A stretch of 64,000 nucleotides of DNA from Gammaproteobacteria bacterium (GCA_965222155.1 CBDCTH010000012.1:640001-704000), one strand, 5' to 3'; counted from the first letter of the stretch, positions 19,519 to 30,128 are shown. Notes: generated from the sequence alone by a model not told the origin. Numbers and translations are program-made.

Positions 19519-20817
19519 TTATACCCCAAAACTGTCTCTGTTGATGCTGGCATACCAGCTGCGGGCATAGGCGGCCTCCCTGGCGCGATATTCCATGGGG
19601 GCCTTGAGCGGACTTAACCCGCCTGCCCGTTCTATCAATTTTATCCTGTCGTCTTCGTATCGGTACATGGCATTGACGGAGATACCGTAATCCGGCGCGA
19701 CCAGGCTGTAACAGGTATTGTGATAAAACATGGCGCCGGGTTCGCGCTCGCGTAACAGTGAAATGATCGCAAGACTGCAAGCCTTGGCCTGGCTGTTGGC
19801 GGAGGAAGCTGATTTTGGCATGTTGCCGGCGAGGCAACTGTCGCCCAGGACGTGGACGTCGGGGGCAAGGGTGGACGTAAACGTCTTGTGATCAACCGGA
19901 CACCAGCCGGTTTCATCTGTCAGTCCATGGTCGACGGCCAGCCGGCCGGCCTGCTGGAACGGGATAACATTGGCCACGTCAACCTTGAATTCACCTGCCT
20001 CGGCGTGCAGGGACATGTGTTTCGGGTCAATGCGGGTGACTAGGCCGCCGGCGGATATCGGCACGCGTTCAATCATCCCGGGGTATAGCGAATGCCATGC
20101 TTCCTCAAATAAATCCTGCTTGGAAAAATGTTCATTAGCATCCAGAATCAACAGTTTGGCGCGCGGGTTGGCCCGTTTCAGGTAATGCGCCACCAGGCTG
20201 GCTCGTTCATAAGGACCGGGCGGACAACGGAACGGTGTACCGGGGACAACAATGGCAAAGACGCCGCCGGCACGCATCCCGACCAACTGTTTCTTCAACA
20301 ATGTAAGCTGCTCTCCACCGCGCCAGGCATGGGGCATGGTTGAACCGGCCGTTTCATCATAGCCGGTGAAAATGTGGTTCCAGAGAAAACTGATCCCCGG
20401 GGAGATCACCAGCCGCTGGTAGGGCAGGGTAGTCCCGTCCGCAAGTGTGACAGTCCGTTTTTCAGGATGAATTGCAGTTGCCCTGGCGTGGATGATGTTG
20501 ACCCCATAATCCTTTTTCAGGCCGGTGTAGTCCAGGGTAATCGACGCCGCGTCCCGGATACCACCCAGAACGGCGTTGCCGAACGGGCAGGTGTTATACC
20601 GCATCCCGGCCTCGACCAGTGTGACATTGACGTCCGGGTCAAAGTAACGGATATATTTTGCGCAGGTGGCCCCACCGTAACCTCCGCCTATGATAACGAC
20701 CTTTGGCGCTCCATTACCGGCCGGTTTCGAACAGGCCGGAATGACCGATCCAGCAAACGTCGTCAAGGCGCCCGTTTTGAGTACGTCAGAGAGGAAATGG
20801 CGGCGTGTTTGTGGCAT
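19519..20817 (-). CDS. fccB: Flavocytochrome c sulfide dehydrogenase flavoprotein (FccB/SoxF-like), Tat signal
   Basis: TRRHFL, GGGYGG, PFRCPPGPYERA, MPKSASSANSQAK, NTCYS. Confidence 0.88.
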   Translation of the reverse strand: MPQTRRHFLSDVLKTGALTTFAGSVIPACSKPAGNGAPKVVIIGGGYGGATCAKYIRYFDPDVNVTLVEAGMRYNTCPFGNAVLGGIRDAASITLDYTGLKKDYGVNIIHARATAIHPEKRTVTLADGTTLPYQRLVISPGISFLWNHIFTGYDETAGSTMPHAWRGGEQLTLLKKQLVGMRAGGVFAIVVPGTPFRCPPGPYERASLVAHYLKRANPRAKLLILDANEHFSKQDLFEEAWHSLYPGMIERVPISAGGLVTRIDPKHMSLHAEAGEFKVDVANVIPFQQAGRLAVDHGLTDETGWCPVDHKTFTSTLAPDVHVLGDSCLAGNMPKSASSANSQAKACSLAIISLLREREPGAMFYHNTCYSLVAPDYGISVNAMYRYEDDRIKLIERAGGLSPLKAPMEYRAREAAYARSWYASINRDSFGV

Positions 20818-20818
20818 G

Positions 20819-21154
20819 TTACTTTGCCGGTTGATAAAACATGCCGCTGATCCCGTCGATTTCTTCGTCGGTCAGCGCCTTGCTGATACGCTTCATGATC
20901 GTTCCCTGCTCCTGGTCTGATTTATAAGAGGTCAACAGTTGTTTTATCCGGGTAGCGGTCAGGCCATCAAGTTTCGGTATCGACACTGCGGCGCGGCTGT
21001 CGTCGCTATGGCAAGTTTTGCAGGTTGCGGCAATTAACCGGAAATAGGTCTTATCCGGAGCTTCCCCCGCGCGCACCGGATTACAGGTAATAAGGAACTG
21101 AAGCAGCGCAACAGCGATATACGGAAATTTATAAAGATTGCGAGGATTTTCCAT
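20819..21154 (-). CDS. Monoheme cytochrome c, probable partner of the sulfide dehydrogenase
   Basis: CKTCH heme motif, IPKLDG, TIMKRISK; directly upstream of fccB. Confidence 0.8.
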   Translation of the reverse strand: MENPRNLYKFPYIAVALLQFLITCNPVRAGEAPDKTYFRLIAATCKTCHSDDSRAAVSIPKLDGLTATRIKQLLTSYKSDQEQGTIMKRISKALTDEEIDGISGMFYQPAK

Positions 21155-21243
21155 AACAGGAAGAATAAAGCGATTAGCCCGGTAAAACAAATCCTGAACC
21201 GTCATTCCGGCTTTATGGGCCAAGTAGCCAGTAAGATATAAAA

Positions 21244-21735
21244 CTAGAATAAGACGTTGATGGTTTCCATCTCACCTTCGGTATCGATCAGTTCAACTTT
21301 TTTCCGCGAGATTTTAAAATCATTCACCCCGAATTTTTGCAGGTGGTAGAGCATGTTGCCCGCCCAGGTTTTTTGTGTGTTCAGACGATATTCATGCATG
21401 GTGAATTGTGTATGAACAACATAGCTGTTTTTCTCCTCGTCGATATGATCGAGCATAATATTGGCGCTGCTGTGGGCTGTCCGTGATGCCGGGTTTTGCG
21501 CGTGGAGCAGGGGGTGGGCATAACGTCGGCACCTCAGCTCCATACCAATCTTGTTTTCATAAACGATGGACAAAGATTGTCCGGGTGATTCATCAGAATT
21601 GTCCAGCGGTACCCAGTATTCAGCATCATCAGAGAACAGATCCAGCCAGTCGTTCCAACGCTTTTCATCAATACAACGCTGTTCCTTGTAAATGAACTGT
21701 TGAACGAGAAAGGTATCGTTAATCATCGACTCCAT
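21244..21735 (-). CDS. Aromatic ring-hydroxylating dioxygenase beta subunit
   Basis: DEKRWNDWLDLF..DAEYWVP, PASRTAH, KKVELID. Confidence 0.85.
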   Translation of the reverse strand: MESMINDTFLVQQFIYKEQRCIDEKRWNDWLDLFSDDAEYWVPLDNSDESPGQSLSIVYENKIGMELRCRRYAHPLLHAQNPASRTAHSSANIMLDHIDEEKNSYVVHTQFTMHEYRLNTQKTWAGNMLYHLQKFGVNDFKISRKKVELIDTEGEMETINVLF

Positions 21736-21736
21736 G

Positions 21737-23044
21737 CTACACCTCTGCCGTCATCAATTTCTGCCACATTTCATACTGACTGACAAAAGCACGTTCACTA
21801 TCACCTTCACAGTGTATGCCGTTTTCATCTTCGGTAACCGGACGGGCCAGTCCTCTATGCATGCTGACCGGGGCGCCTACATCGCCTTCCAGTCCGTTTT
21901 GTGCCCGAATCATGACTTCATGGTCATCAACGCTGACGAGCGTCGCCGGTGAATCCAGCATCTGTGCATATTCCATGGAGCGTTGCAAGAGCGCGTCAGG
22001 AGCGCCGACCAGGCGAAACACCCAGGATTCGACCACAGTTTTATTTGGTGCAACGGGTTTAAATACACGTATTTTTTGTATCAGGCACTTTACATGCAGG
22101 TTGGGATAGATGCAGGTGTTATGACGTTGCAGCGACAGGATATCTTTAGTTCGTTCTTCACCGTAGGCTTTTTCCAAAGCTTCGGCATAACCGGGTATCT
22201 CGTCATATTGCGAATGGATGCTGACCTTACCGCCGTTATAACTGTGGCCATTGGCAAGTACGGTACAGCCAAAATCACGTATCCATTCTGCTGATTGCCA
22301 AAATGAGCGGGCCATTTCCACCAGTTGCGATGCCGGCTGGTTGGTTTCTTTCAGGTCATTGGAAAATTTGCTGGCGGTCTGTCCAATGGATGGATGGGTT
22401 CCACCTACATGCATACCGTCCACCAGGTTCTCAACCAGCATCTTCCAGTTGCAGTGATTAATCCACTTAAATGGACGTCCCACTACTTCCAGTCGTCCTT
22501 CAGGTGAACGATCCACCAGGTTATCAATGCTGGCCCTGGTGTCACTCAACCAGCTTCGCAGGTCCATCGGCGGTTGCTTCAAAGCGGCGAATATAAATCC
22601 TTGGTAACTCTCAACATGGGGCACGGATACCATCCGGGCGACTTTTTCACAAGCACCGAAACCAGAATTTTCATAGGCATCTTCCAGTGGAATAGCGGCG
22701 ACACTGCCATCCAGATTGAAGCTGTAGTTATGAAAGTTGCACAGGAAGCGATCAATTTTTCCTGCTGCGTTATTCACCAACCTGGAGCCTTTGTGTGGGC
22801 AGCGGTTGTGAAAAGCTCGCAGCTGGTTGGCAGAATCTTTCACCAGTATTACAGGCTTGACGCCAATATCTGTTGCAATATAAGCGCCCGGCTCGCTTAG
22901 CTGACTTTCGTGTCCGACATAGACCCAGGTTGCACCGAAAATTTTCTCCATTTCCAGATTGAATATGCCCTGGTCGGTATATACGCGTCCATCCACTTCA
23001 GCGCTACCAACCAGGGAATTGAGATCAATGCTTGATTTGTTCAC
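21737..23044 (-). CDS. Aromatic ring-hydroxylating dioxygenase alpha subunit
   Basis: Rieske CPH...CNFH, NWKMLVENLVDGMHVGGTH mononuclear Fe motif, distal DD. Confidence 0.9.
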   Translation of the reverse strand: MNKSSIDLNSLVGSAEVDGRVYTDQGIFNLEMEKIFGATWVYVGHESQLSEPGAYIATDIGVKPVILVKDSANQLRAFHNRCPHKGSRLVNNAAGKIDRFLCNFHNYSFNLDGSVAAIPLEDAYENSGFGACEKVARMVSVPHVESYQGFIFAALKQPPMDLRSWLSDTRASIDNLVDRSPEGRLEVVGRPFKWINHCNWKMLVENLVDGMHVGGTHPSIGQTASKFSNDLKETNQPASQLVEMARSFWQSAEWIRDFGCTVLANGHSYNGGKVSIHSQYDEIPGYAEALEKAYGEERTKDILSLQRHNTCIYPNLHVKCLIQKIRVFKPVAPNKTVVESWVFRLVGAPDALLQRSMEYAQMLDSPATLVSVDDHEVMIRAQNGLEGDVGAPVSMHRGLARPVTEDENGIHCEGDSERAFVSQYEMWQKLMTAEV

Positions 23045-24642
23045 TGGCCACTCCTTTTTACGGTCAGTCTATCCAACAGCGGGCCCGATATGCAAATCAC
23101 ACTGGGTTTTGGCAACGCGTCGCCGCCCTCGGGCCAGTGGCTGATTAATGCGTCAACGGCATCGGAATCCTCGCCCGGATGCTGCACCGACAGAAACAGG
23201 CTGCGCCCATCCGGGCTGAAGCTGGGGCCGGTCAGTTCGGCCCCCGGAGGTGCGGAGGCCACTTGCAGGGGTCTCCCCGCATGTTTGCCCGACATGGGAA
23301 TATAAAAAAGACCGTTGTTTTTAAATGACCGGTAGGGAGGCCTGTTGATCTCGTAAGATGCGATGTCCGTACACACCCAGAGGTTGCCTTTCGGGTCAAA
23401 GACCAGGTTGTCCGGACAGGCAAACCCGCTGGCGTGACCGCCCGCCAGGAAAGTGGCTGCGACAAACTCGAACGCGGACGGATCATTCTCTTTTTCTTCC
23501 AGCTTGAGGATGGAACCGTAGGGACGGGACGGACTCTTGGTCAAAGTAATAAAGACGGCGCCGGAGTGCGGGTCTCTCTCTATGTCTTCGGGGCGGTCCT
23601 GGGGCGTGCCGCCGACCAGTTTTGCCGCTTCGCGGGTACGAACAAGTAATTCTGTTTGGGTTTTGAACATGTCTTTTAACCGCTTATCCCCGGCCACGTC
23701 CAGGGGCAGCCAGCGGCCTTTATCCGTCGCGGCCACGTACAAGGTTCCGCGTTCCAATGAGCCGGGTTCATCGGCAATAAATTTGTAGATACACTCATCG
23801 GTTTTGTCGTCCCCCATGTAGACCACCGGCCGGCCGTCTTTTGCTTCGGTCACTGTCGCGCCTTCATGGGCAAACCGGCCCAGGGCCGTGAGTTTTTTCG
23901 CCGCGCCGCTGAAGGGGTCGACTTCAACCACCCAGCCGTAGTGTTCGGGAGGATGATCCAGGTAACGTTCCCAACCGATAAGACTGCCTTTCTCATGCTT
24001 GCGTTTACCGGAAGCGAAGCTGACGTCGCCATAAAAAAAATGGAAGTTTTCCTCGCAGGTAAGCACGGTCTGCCAGGGCGTGACGCCGCCGGCGCAATTA
24101 CCCAGGGTGCCGACGGCCGCGCGCGCTCCTTGAATCGGCTGCTCTGAAATAATCGGTATCCGTGTCTTGCCATTGATGCGCCGGTTGTAGTGATCATCCT
24201 GAACCAGGCGCCAGCGCCCGCCTGTTTTGTTAATCCTGATGATACTGCCGCCCACCTCCAGGACTTCCCGTTCAATATCATCCCCGGATTTCTCCATCGG
24301 GTCGCGGGGTGAAGCAAAATAAGCTGACAGGATCTCTTCATGGTTCACCCATAACAGGCCGTCGTATTGATTGCCGTCAATGGGGAAGAACGCGGTATAG
24401 TCATTGTTAAACCCGAAGCGCTCGCCGGCGCGGTTGATCGGGTCCATCCATGACACCAGGATTTCATAGTCAAGACCATCGGCCAGGACCACCTCATCGG
24501 CAGTGCCAGGTGAAATGGGGCGAAAGTCCGTGCTGGCAGAGTCCACCCCGGCAGCAAGCAAGGGTGTCACCGGGTACGTCAGCGCGCCGGCGCCTGCCGT
24601 TCTACCCATGAACCTGAGAAATTCGCGCCGGGACCAGGACAT
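23041..24642 (-). CDS. phoX: PhoX-family alkaline phosphatase, Tat signal
   Basis: SRREFL, LWVNHE, NCAGGVTPW.TVLTCEEN, GRFAHE, DRPED, PDN, SVQHPGE. Confidence 0.9.
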   Translation of the reverse strand: MSWSRREFLRFMGRTAGAGALTYPVTPLLAAGVDSASTDFRPISPGTADEVVLADGLDYEILVSWMDPINRAGERFGFNNDYTAFFPIDGNQYDGLLWVNHEEILSAYFASPRDPMEKSGDDIEREVLEVGGSIIRINKTGGRWRLVQDDHYNRRINGKTRIPIISEQPIQGARAAVGTLGNCAGGVTPWQTVLTCEENFHFFYGDVSFASGKRKHEKGSLIGWERYLDHPPEHYGWVVEVDPFSGAAKKLTALGRFAHEGATVTEAKDGRPVVYMGDDKTDECIYKFIADEPGSLERGTLYVAATDKGRWLPLDVAGDKRLKDMFKTQTELLVRTREAAKLVGGTPQDRPEDIERDPHSGAVFITLTKSPSRPYGSILKLEEKENDPSAFEFVAATFLAGGHASGFACPDNLVFDPKGNLWVCTDIASYEINRPPYRSFKNNGLFYIPMSGKHAGRPLQVASAPPGAELTGPSFSPDGRSLFLSVQHPGEDSDAVDALISHWPEGGDALPKPSVICISGPLLDRLTVKRSGQ

Positions 24643-24664
24643 TGTCGGGCTGCCAGGGGGCCTT

Positions 24665-25726
24665 TCAGCGGGACCGGCGCGCTTTGGAGGCTTCGGCCAG
24701 GGAACGTATCAGGTCTTCGGTGTCGTCCCAGCCCAGGCAGGCATCGGTGATGCTCTGCCCGTAGGTCAGCGCTTGTCCCGGGACGACATTCTGCCTACCT
24801 TCCTCCAGGTGGCTTTCAATCATTACACCGAATATCCGATCCTCGCCGTCAGAGATTTGCCGGCATACGTCGGCGCCGACTACCAACTGCTTTTTGTGTT
24901 CTTTCTCACTGTTTGCATGACTGAAATCAACCATGATGCGGGCCGGGAGACCTGCGGCGGACAGCTCGGAGGCAGTGGCGTCAATACTTGCGCGGTCAAA
25001 ATTAGGTTGTTTGCCTCCGCGTAAAATGACGTGGCAGGCATCGTTGCCGGTGGTGGTATAAATGGCTGAATTCCCTTCCTTGCGCAGGGATAAAAAGTGG
25101 TGGGGGTTGCTTGCCGCGCGGATGGCGTCAACGGCGATTTTCACTGACCCGTCCGTTCCGTTTTTAAACCCGACCGGACAGGATAAGCCCGAAGCCAGTT
25201 CCCGGTGTACCTGGCTTTCCGTGGTGCGCGCGCCGATGGCGCCCCAGCTCACCAGGTCAGTGACGTACTGGGGAATGATAATGTCGAGAAATTCAGTACC
25301 GGCAGGGATACCCATTTCGTTCAAGTCGAGTAATAACCCGCGGGCGAGTCGAACTCCTTTATTGATATGAAAACTGTTATCCAGGTCGGGGTCATTAATC
25401 AGTCCTTTCCAGCCCACGGTCGTCCTGGGTTTCTCAAAATACACCCGCATTATGATAAGCAGTTCGTTCCTGTAACTTTCGACCAGCGCCTTGAGTCGAC
25501 CTGCATATTCCTTTGCCGCGTCCACGTCATGAATTGAACAGGGCCCCGCTACCACCAGTAAGCGGCTGTCATCCCGGTTCAGCAGTCCTGTGATTGCCTG
25601 CCTGGTCAGGAAGGTTGTTTCAGCCGCGGTCGCGCTAATGGGGATCTCCTCACAAATCTCCCTGGGTGGCGTAACGGCCTTAATGGAAGCAATCCGTAAA
25701 TCGTCTGTTTCGTACATGCGATGCAA
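24665..25726 (-). CDS. aroG: DAHP synthase type I-alpha, paralog 2
   Basis: Same catalytic motifs as 18372-19430 (KPRTTVGWKG, YGQSITDAC). Confidence 0.92.
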   Translation of the reverse strand: MHRMYETDDLRIASIKAVTPPREICEEIPISATAAETTFLTRQAITGLLNRDDSRLLVVAGPCSIHDVDAAKEYAGRLKALVESYRNELLIIMRVYFEKPRTTVGWKGLINDPDLDNSFHINKGVRLARGLLLDLNEMGIPAGTEFLDIIIPQYVTDLVSWGAIGARTTESQVHRELASGLSCPVGFKNGTDGSVKIAVDAIRAASNPHHFLSLRKEGNSAIYTTTGNDACHVILRGGKQPNFDRASIDATASELSAAGLPARIMVDFSHANSEKEHKKQLVVGADVCRQISDGEDRIFGVMIESHLEEGRQNVVPGQALTYGQSITDACLGWDDTEDLIRSLAEASKARRSR

Positions 25727-25740
25727 TATCCGGTTTCAGG

Positions 25741-26082
25741 TTATCCCGGCGGCCAGGTGAACGACCGGCCGGCAAGAATGTGCAAATGAAGATGAAATAC
25801 ACTTTGACCCACGCCGGCGCCGTTGTTCACGACCAGGCGAAAAGCCTCTCCGATGTCCTGCTCCAACGCTATCTTATTGGCGCTTAACAGCAGGTGGCCC
25901 AGCAGGGACTGATCATCATCTACGGCATCGATCAGCCTGGCAATGGGTTGTTTCGGGATGACCAGAATATGCACGGGGGCCTGCGGGTTGACGTCCCTGA
26001 ACGCCAGGCATTTGTTATCCTCATAAACAATGTCAGCTGGTATTTCCCGTCTGATAATTTTTGCAAAAATTGTCTCTGTCAT
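25741..26082 (-). CDS. Histidine triad nucleotide-binding protein
   Basis: TIFAKII, PQAPVHILVIPK, HLHLHIL. Confidence 0.92.
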   Translation of the reverse strand: MTETIFAKIIRREIPADIVYEDNKCLAFRDVNPQAPVHILVIPKQPIARLIDAVDDDQSLLGHLLLSANKIALEQDIGEAFRLVVNNGAGVGQSVFHLHLHILAGRSFTWPPG

Positions 26083-26108
26083 GGTGGTTATTATTCCGAT
26101 TATGGCCC

Positions 26109-26185
26109 GCCCATTCCTGCGCAAGCAGGAATCCAGTCAGAAAAATTATTCCTTGCTTTCCGAATTCCGGCATTCGACAGAATGA
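26109..26185. repeat. GTCATT-type REP pair (degenerate)
   Basis: GCCATTCCTGCGCAAGCAGGAATCCAGT plus a decayed inverted partner. Confidence 0.5.
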
Positions 26186-26284
26186 TCAAAGAAGATAAGC
26201 GCTTTGGCCACTTACAAAAAAGAGTGCGTATAATAGCAAGGACAGTCCCAAGTAAAAAGCGCTTTGACAGAGAGGTTCTGTTCT

Positions 26285-26737
26285 ATGGAACATTGCGAGC
26301 ATCATCAGGTGAAAACAGGCACTGCCGCAACGGCCGCGACAATAACGCTGCATTGTCTGGCAGGTTGCTCTATCGGTGAGTTCACCGGCCTGGCTATCGG
26401 CGTGCAGCTTGGTTTATCGGTAACCGTTACAGTAATATTAGCGACGCTATTGGCGTTTATCACGGGATTTGCATTGACGTTGTACCCCCTTGTATACCAG
26501 AGATCAATGACATTGGCGCTGGCGTTCAAGACCGTCTGGCTCGGTGAGGTGATCTCGATCGGCGTGATGGAAATCGCCATGAACACCACGGATTACCTTG
26601 TCGGCGGTATGTCCGCTGCCTCAATGATCGACGCGATATTCTGGGTTGGCTTCGCTGCGGCCCTGCTGGCCGGATATATCTGTGCCTACCCCGTAAATTA
26701 TTACATGGTGAAACGTAATATGCCGCGTTGTCATTAG
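26285..26737 (+). CDS. DUF4396 membrane protein
   Basis: TLHCLAGCSIGE, SIGVMEIAMN, AYPVNYYMVKR. Confidence 0.8.
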   Translation: MEHCEHHQVKTGTAATAATITLHCLAGCSIGEFTGLAIGVQLGLSVTVTVILATLLAFITGFALTLYPLVYQRSMTLALAFKTVWLGEVISIGVMEIAMNTTDYLVGGMSAASMIDAIFWVGFAAALLAGYICAYPVNYYMVKRNMPRCH

Positions 26738-27114
26738 TGTATTAGATAGACACCCCGAATTCTTTCATAAGCTGCCTTAATGCGTGCTCGTTCTTTACGT
26801 GACAAGGCTACTACTTTATAGACTACTAAATTATTAACATGCATAGCTTTGCTGGCAGTTTCAATCCTGTGTTTATTTTTCTTGAGCTTATACGCCTTCC
26901 TGGTACATTGAGAACGGATCGAACCAACAGCGAATCGCTTTTCAGCAGATGACAAATTGAATTTTGCTGAGACAGATACATCATCAATATACCGGGAATA
27001 ATTTATATTACGTTCAAGAAAAGCATCCACAATATCCGGTTCAACATCCCACAATACAGGATTTGCAAGGTAGCCACTGGATAATGGGTCTACTGTGGTA
27101 TAATGCTTGTACAT
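26734..27114 (-). pseudogene. Truncated reverse transcriptase remnant (retron-like C-terminal half)
   Basis: SGYLANPVLWDVE (decayed region 4), YSRYIDDVSVS (YxDD), HVNNLVV (VTGLVV-like region 7), LSRKERARIKAA; N-terminal half absent. Confidence 0.7.
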
Positions 27115-27223
27115 CGTACATCCTGAATTTATCCGATCCTATTCTGGATCACAGGTTTAAATATCATTTACTATTTATTGACTTCATATTACATTTGAAA
27201 ATAATGGTACGTTAACTCAAACC

Positions 27224-30124
27224 ATGTTAAATGAGTTGATTACACGGAAGAAAAATCAATGGCTCAGGTCTGATAGCTGTCCCCTCACCGCCCTCTCATC
27301 CTATATCAGGAATCAAGGTCACCTGCGAGAGACCCAGGTGGAAGCGATTGAAACCTATTTGTATCTGAAAATTGAAGGAATCAATAAACCACTGTGGGAG
27401 CTGTTTTCTGAAAACTTCTTCACTGATGATATCGACCTCAACAGGTTGAACATCAACCAGGAAACCAGGAAGTTTCTGCAGAAAAACACGGCTGCTATGG
27501 CTTTGTTCGGTTTATCCATTCAAAAACAGCCGGATGGAAAATCATTATTGCCGGAACTTGAAAAGCTGATCATTGATAACCCATCTGCATTGGATTACGA
27601 GAGAATTATCAAGGATATTTTTTATCAAGTCACCTACTCCGACTACCTGATGAGTCTACCGATGGGCGCCGGCAAAACATTTTTGATGGCAGCCATTATT
27701 TACCTGGATTTATATTTTGCCCAAAATGAGCCGGATAATACAGCGTTTGCTCATAATTTCCTGGTGTTGATTCCATCGGGTCTGAAATCCTCGATTGTCC
27801 CAAGTTTGAGGACCATAGAAAACTTTAACCCTGAATGGGTTATTCCGAACCCCGCCGCCGGTGAAATCAAGCGACAGCTTTCATTTGAAATTCTGGATGA
27901 ACAAAAGTCCGCGAAAAGCAGCAATAGAGTCAGGAATCCCAACGTCCAAAAAGTCAGCCAGTGTTTCCCCAACCCCTTTGCAACCGTATTTGTAGTCAAT
28001 GCCGAGAAGGTGATCCTGGACCGGCTTGATATAACTGCGCGGCAAACTCAGGACTGGATTGGGAAAAGTGAAGATGAACGGGACCGGTTGGCTAATGAAC
28101 TGCGCAACCGGATTGGAAAAATACCCCACCTGTCCATACTGATTGACGAAGTCCACCATGCCGCCACAGATGATATTAAACTGCGCCAGGTGGTCAACAA
28201 ATGGCAGCAGGGCGGCAATATCATCACCGTCCTGGGTTTCTCAGGCACGCCTTTTTTGAGTAAGCCGGACCGGGTTTCCATTAATGAAACAACCAACGTC
28301 AAATTTTCCAGGATTACGAACACCGTTTATTATTATCCGCTTATCAAGGCGATTAACTCGTTCCTGAAAAAGCCACAGGTGAAGATAGCGCAAGGAATGC
28401 AGGACAGGCTGGAAATTATTCGTCAAGGGATAGCCGACTTCCGACAAAAATTTGGCAGGAAACGTTACGCCAATGGCAGCATCGCCAAACTGGCAATCTA
28501 TTGCAGCAATATAGAAACACTGGAGGATCAGGTTTATCCTTTCCTGGTCGGCGAGCTGAAAATTTCGGCTGATGAAATCCTGAAGTTTCACCGGGGTAAT
28601 AAGGGATATCCGCAACCACCGGGTTCCGAACTGGCTTTTAGATCACTGGACCTTCCTGCGCCATACGCTTCCGGGAAACGCTATATCCTGTTGGTCCAAA
28701 TAGGCAAGGAAGGGTGGGATTGTCGCAGCCTGACGGGGATCATTTTATCCCAGCAGGGAGATTGCAAAAGGAATATGGTCTTGCAAACCAGTTGTCGCTG
28801 TCTGCGTCAGGTTGACGTCGAAGCGACAGACAAGGAAGATGCATTGATCTGGCTCAACGACAGCAATGCAAAAACCCTTAACGGTCAGTTAAAACAGCAA
28901 CAACAAACGTCTATTCAGGAAATCAACCAGCTGGATAACGGCACTGGCGATCAGCGAGTACAACGACACTCCAGGATAGAACAATTGGAACTACCTGCGT
29001 TGGATTTTTATCAACTCAAAGTGCATTACCAGACGATTGTTGAGGCCGAAATACAAACGCAGAAAAAATTACAGGACGTTTATGAAGACCTGGAAAGCTA
29101 CCAGGCTTCTGTCTCAATCATTACTACTGATTTTGAAGATATGGAAGGCGGGAAATTGCATATCAGGGAATCCGGCGCGACGCAACCGGCCGGTTTTAAA
29201 CAATGGTTGAACGGTATTGCAAAAACCAGTTTCCACACGATTTCAACTACTCGACTGTATGAGCTTGAAGAACAGTTACAAGCCATTTTTGACGGGATAA
29301 CAATACAGGGACAGAGAAGCAGCTATTGGAATGAACTATACGACCGGGAAGCAATTGAGAGCCGTATTCGTTTGGCGTTCAGCCCCAGGCGTGAACTACA
29401 AACCCGTGACGAGATCATTCCTGAAAAAGCAGAATTGCTGCTGGTGAATAAACTGACGCCAGTAAACATCCATGACAAGCTATACCCGAATGAAGACGAT
29501 ACGAAGAAGATACTGCAATTTGACGAAAACCCGCCGGAAGCAAGAACGGAAGAAGACAGACGGGAAATACAACAGGCTATTGAAAGTCTCAGGAAATTGA
29601 ATATGGATACCAGCCACCTTGAGCAACAGTTGAACGAAAAACACTCAACGGCAGTAGAACAGAGCGACAAGAGTTTTCATTATCTGCCATACAATTTTAT
29701 CCAGAGCGGCTTCGAACTGGAACTGCTCCGGCAAGTATTATCGCTGGATCAATTTCAACAATCCCCGCTGGAGATTTATTACAATGGTGAGCGCGGGTTA
29801 ACCGGATTTGTAATCCATTGTTTTCGGAAAAAGGGACAAAGCTGGCAAAATGTCGGACGCTACACCACTGATTTTTTAATCATCCAGCGTAACGAAAATA
29901 AAAAGGAAATTCGCAAAGTGTTAATGATAGAAACCAAGGGCAGCGGTTATGCTGGTGACCCTGAATTCCAGGGCAGAAAATCGTTTGTCGAAAGCCAGTT
30001 CCTGCGACAGAATAACCGGCAATTCGGCTACGATAAATTTGATTTCCTGTATCTTCAGGACAATGTTGGAATAGACAAAAATATTGCCCAATTAAGTCAA
30101 AAAGTAACCGGTTTTTTTGGTTAA
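27224..30124 (+). CDS. Type III restriction-like subunit: SF2 helicase with C-terminal PD-(D/E)xK nuclease
   Basis: MGAGKT, DEVHH, SGTP, EGWD, Q...RCLR, and YTTDFLI...IETKG. Confidence 0.8.
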   Translation: MLNELITRKKNQWLRSDSCPLTALSSYIRNQGHLRETQVEAIETYLYLKIEGINKPLWELFSENFFTDDIDLNRLNINQETRKFLQKNTAAMALFGLSIQKQPDGKSLLPELEKLIIDNPSALDYERIIKDIFYQVTYSDYLMSLPMGAGKTFLMAAIIYLDLYFAQNEPDNTAFAHNFLVLIPSGLKSSIVPSLRTIENFNPEWVIPNPAAGEIKRQLSFEILDEQKSAKSSNRVRNPNVQKVSQCFPNPFATVFVVNAEKVILDRLDITARQTQDWIGKSEDERDRLANELRNRIGKIPHLSILIDEVHHAATDDIKLRQVVNKWQQGGNIITVLGFSGTPFLSKPDRVSINETTNVKFSRITNTVYYYPLIKAINSFLKKPQVKIAQGMQDRLEIIRQGIADFRQKFGRKRYANGSIAKLAIYCSNIETLEDQVYPFLVGELKISADEILKFHRGNKGYPQPPGSELAFRSLDLPAPYASGKRYILLVQIGKEGWDCRSLTGIILSQQGDCKRNMVLQTSCRCLRQVDVEATDKEDALIWLNDSNAKTLNGQLKQQQQTSIQEINQLDNGTGDQRVQRHSRIEQLELPALDFYQLKVHYQTIVEAEIQTQKKLQDVYEDLESYQASVSIITTDFEDMEGGKLHIRESGATQPAGFKQWLNGIAKTSFHTISTTRLYELEEQLQAIFDGITIQGQRSSYWNELYDREAIESRIRLAFSPRRELQTRDEIIPEKAELLLVNKLTPVNIHDKLYPNEDDTKKILQFDENPPEARTEEDRREIQQAIESLRKLNMDTSHLEQQLNEKHSTAVEQSDKSFHYLPYNFIQSGFELELLRQVLSLDQFQQSPLEIYYNGERGLTGFVIHCFRKKGQSWQNVGRYTTDFLIIQRNENKKEIRKVLMIETKGSGYAGDPEFQGRKSFVESQFLRQNNRQFGYDKFDFLYLQDNVGIDKNIAQLSQKVTGFFG

Positions 30125-30128
30125 TGTC

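Noticed and set aside
26734-27224. Intact retron or diversity-generating retroelement
   Set aside because: The RT lacks its N-terminal half; no msr-msd arms and no template/variable repeat pair were found
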